A stretch of 27,262 nucleotides of DNA from an uncultured Deferribacteres bacterium (GTDB lineage Bacteria; Zhuqueibacterota; Zhuqueibacteria; Zhuqueibacterales; Geothermadaptataceae), in the NCBI GenBank assembly GCA_964014485.1, contig CAXHAT010000102.1:1-27262 (forward strand). The letters are read 5' to 3'. A program made the translations under genes and the position numbers. This document shows, piece after piece, positions 24,516 to 27,262 of this stretch. Numbering within the stretch: position 1 is the first letter of the stretch; the number at the start of each line of letters is the position of its first letter. A model generated the notes under the pieces. It saw only the letters and a list, made by a program, of their open reading frames with translations. It did no database searches and was not told the DNA's origin.

Positions 24516-27262
24516 TCATCGATTCTGAATTTGCCGTCCCGGCGTCCAGGGCGCGCCGGCTTGTTCGAGATCGGATTCGAGCTTTGATAATTCCTGTTGA
24601 AAAGAGGAAAAATCTGCGAGGAATTGTCTAAAATCGTCGTCGGCGAGTTGGAGATCGCGCTGCATGGTGCCGGTTGGCGATTGGCGCGTGCCCCAGTGGC
24701 TGTTGGCCACGCGTCCGGCGCGGGCGCGGATGGACGGGTAACTCATTTCATTAAACTGTCCGCGAATCCGGTCGCCGAACAAGCGCGTTTGCAAATCGGT
24801 CAATTTCGAATTCAACGCATCCACCTGACTAAAATGTTCGCGCGACGCTTTCGGCGTTTTGACCAGCGCCGCTTTCAAATGACGCAGCCTTTCGTTCGCC
24901 CTGCCCAATTCACGTCCGGCGCCGTTGATCCGCCGCAATAATTCGCTGGTTTTTTGCTGGAATTCGGTGACCGCGCTGAAGTCTGTTCCCGCCGCGCTGG
25001 TCGGTACGGGCTTCACGGTAAATTCCTGCGGGCCACTAAGCGAACGCATCTCGCCGTTGGCGAACATAATAAGTTCCACGCTGTACTTTCCAGGCGGCGC
25101 CAACGGCCCTTGCGGCGTTCCGGCCCAAGGAGGTCTAAAACTGGGCGTGGTCAGATTGATAGGATCGGGAGCCGGGCGGCGCAAATCCCAGGTTGCGCGG
25201 TGCAGTCCTTTTTTTGCCGAGCCTTCAACCCAGCGAACCGGTTCATTCTGCGCGTCGCGTACCAGCAGCATCACGCGCGGGCCGCTTTCTTTTGCTTCTT
25301 CGCGTAAACGCTCCCAGCCCGGAAAAGGAACGTTTGTTTGATCTTCCGCAAATTTCTTCTCGTCCTCCTGCCGCGCTTCTTTTTTCGTTTTCGGCACATC
25401 ATTCAAGTAATAAGTGAACGTCGCGCCGAAGGGCGGATTTTCGGCGGTGTAATCGTCGCTGCCAAGAGTGGGCTTGCCCTTGGCCTGCATGGGTTCGTAG
25501 GGCACGTACCACCACGCGTCGCGCACGGCAAAGAGTTTGTCGTCGTTGTTTTTCACTGCGTCAGCGAGATTGCGCAGCGGCGTGTAATCGTCCAGGACAT
25601 AAAATCCCCTGCCAAAGGTCGCGCCGACCAGGTCGTTGTCACGCTCATGAATTTCAATATCGCGGAAAGAAATCGTCGGGGCGCCGCTGAGTTTGATCCA
25701 GTTTTCTCCGCGATTTGGGGTGAAATAAAGGCCGTTTTCCGCGCCGATAAATAACAAGTCCGGATTGACGTGATCTTGCTTGAGCATCCAGACAATCACG
25801 CCGTCCGGCAGATCGCCGCTGATCGAGCGCCAGTTCGCGCCGCGATCCACGCTCTCAAAAATATAAGGCTTGTAGTCACCGACTTTGTGCGCATCGGCAA
25901 TAGTGAAGACGACGTTTTCTTGATGTTTCGACGCTTCAACATCATTGATGAACGAAAGCGCGGGAACGCCGGGCAAGTTTTCAACTTTTCGCCAGTCGCC
26001 GCCGCCGTTTTCGCTCACTTGAATCAGGCCGTCGTCCGTGCCGACGTAAAGCAAATCTTCAACAAGCGGCGATTCGGAAATGCAGGAGACGGTGGCGTAT
26101 TGGGACATGGCGCCGTTGTCGTAGAGCGCGTCGGCGCTTTGCACGCGGCCAAACATCTCCAACTCGTAGCGGTTTTTGCCGGTCGAAAGATCGCCGCTGA
26201 CCGCCGTCCAGGAATCGCCGCGATCTTCGCTGCGCCAGAGCCGTTGCGAGCCGAAATAGAGCCGCGTTGATTTGTGCGGACTGATAATGATCGGACTGTC
26301 CCAATTAAATCGTTCCGCGCCTTCTCCGGCGGCGGGTTGGGGCTTGATTCCAAGCGCTTCTTCACTGCGGCGGTCATAGCGCTGCAGCTCGCCTTGCTGA
26401 ATTTCCATGTAGACAATGTTTGGATCGTTGGGATCGAACGCATTGTCGTGACCGTCCGCGCCGAGTGGGACGTACCAGTCGCGGTTGCGCACGCCTTCCA
26501 CGTTCATCGTGCGCGAGGGGCCGATGAGCGTGCCCAAATCCTGCGCCCCGCCGACGATGTTATAGAACGGCTCGGAATTGTCCAGCGCCAATTTGTAGAA
26601 CTGCGAGACCGGCAGATTGGGGAAATGCCGGAAGGTCTTGCCTTCATCAAAGCTTTCATACAGTCCGGCGTCCGTGCCTACGAGCACGTGCCTGCCATTG
26701 TCGGGATCGATCCACATCGCGTGGTTGTCGCTGTGCTTCTCGTGACCGGTTTCGAGGTAGTCAAATTTCGCCCCGCCGTCGCGCGTGACGTGGAGAAAAA
26801 CGTCCATTTGGTAAACCAGATCGGGATCGGTCGGCGACGCTTCGATTTCCTGGTAGTAATGCGGGCCGGTGCCGTTGGAAATATAGGAATTGCGTTTTTG
26901 CCAGCTTTCGCCTTTGTCCGTCGAACGATAAAATCCGCGCTCTTTGTCGTGCGCTTCAATGGTGGCGTAAACCAGATTCGGATCGGAGGGTGTCACGGCC
27001 AGGCCGATTTTTCCCATTTCGCCCTTCGGCAGGCCGGTTTTGACTTGGCGAAAAGACTCGCCGTTGTCAGTGGATTTGTAAATGCCGGTCTTCGGCCCGC
27101 CGGCCAGCAAACCCCAAATGTGCCGCCGCCGCTGATAAGCCGCCGCGTAAATCACGTCCGGATTGCCAGGCTGGAATTCAATATCCGTTACGCCGGTGTT
27201 CTCGTTGATTTCAAGAACGAGATTCCAGGACGTACCCCCGTCTGTTGATTTGTAAAGTCCGC
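24516..27262 (-). CDS. BNR/Asp-box (VPS10/sortilin-like) glycosyl hydrolase, N-terminus beyond the window
   Basis: Many S.D.G.(T/S)W repeats, ERFNWDSP and ATFGRGFYVLDD. The frame stays open to the right edge (GLYKSTDGGTSW). Confidence 0.9.
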   Translation of the reverse strand, partial: GLYKSTDGGTSWNLVLEINENTGVTDIEFQPGNPDVIYAAAYQRRRHIWGLLAGGPKTGIYKSTDNGESFRQVKTGLPKGEMGKIGLAVTPSDPNLVYATIEAHDKERGFYRSTDKGESWQKRNSYISNGTGPHYYQEIEASPTDPDLVYQMDVFLHVTRDGGAKFDYLETGHEKHSDNHAMWIDPDNGRHVLVGTDAGLYESFDEGKTFRHFPNLPVSQFYKLALDNSEPFYNIVGGAQDLGTLIGPSRTMNVEGVRNRDWYVPLGADGHDNAFDPNDPNIVYMEIQQGELQRYDRRSEEALGIKPQPAAGEGAERFNWDSPIIISPHKSTRLYFGSQRLWRSEDRGDSWTAVSGDLSTGKNRYELEMFGRVQSADALYDNGAMSQYATVSCISESPLVEDLLYVGTDDGLIQVSENGGGDWRKVENLPGVPALSFINDVEASKHQENVVFTIADAHKVGDYKPYIFESVDRGANWRSISGDLPDGVIVWMLKQDHVNPDLLFIGAENGLYFTPNRGENWIKLSGAPTISFRDIEIHERDNDLVGATFGRGFYVLDDYTPLRNLADAVKNNDDKLFAVRDAWWYVPYEPMQAKGKPTLGSDDYTAENPPFGATFTYYLNDVPKTKKEARQEDEKKFAEDQTNVPFPGWERLREEAKESGPRVMLLVRDAQNEPVRWVEGSAKKGLHRATWDLRRPAPDPINLTTPSFRPPWAGTPQGPLAPPGKYSVELIMFANGEMRSLSGPQEFTVKPVPTSAAGTDFSAVTEFQQKTSELLRRINGAGRELGRANERLRHLKAALVKTPKASREHFSQVDALNSKLTDLQTRLFGDRIRGQFNEMSYPSIRARAGRVANSHWGTRQSPTGTMQRDLQLADDDFRQFLADFSSFQQELSKLESDLEQAGAPWTPGRQIQNR

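Noticed and set aside
26274..27248. Long antisense ORFs (here and at 6073-6810, 6359-7183, 10835-11488, 14011-14634)
   Set aside because: Shadows of GC-rich sense genes with no recognisable motifs.

Overview
Bacterial genomic window with three parts. (1) 1-4000 is a cluster of decayed mobile DNA: two ISL3-type right ends, a group II intron whose RT gene is cut off at the PQGG motif and which sits antisense in an IS66 remnant, a tRNA-Met 3' fragment, an isolated 5' half of tRNA-Arg(CCT), and a frameshifted tyrosine integrase. (2) About 4500-16576 is a co-oriented type IV filament / T2SS-like gene cluster resembling the Bacteroidota-type variant. It has GspE/PilB, a secretin, a PilM-PilN fusion split by one in-frame TAG, PilO, PilP, a large PilX-like protein, two minor pilins, GspF/PilC, a major pilin and a methylase-less prepilin peptidase, with no PilT. 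It ends in a sigma54 activator that has no sensory domain. A dead IS630 follows, joined directly to an N-terminally truncated AAC(6')-I-like acetyltransferase, which suggests the activator's target was deleted. (3) About 18500-27262 looks like ordinary chromosome: a tandem DUF1080 hydrolase, a DJ-1/PfpI protein, a yqjD/E/K-like trio, two toxin-antitoxin pairs, a CBM9-like lipoprotein and a BNR/VPS10 glycosyl hydrolase, with several small palindromic repeat families. All assignments come from motif recognition by eye; no searches were run.
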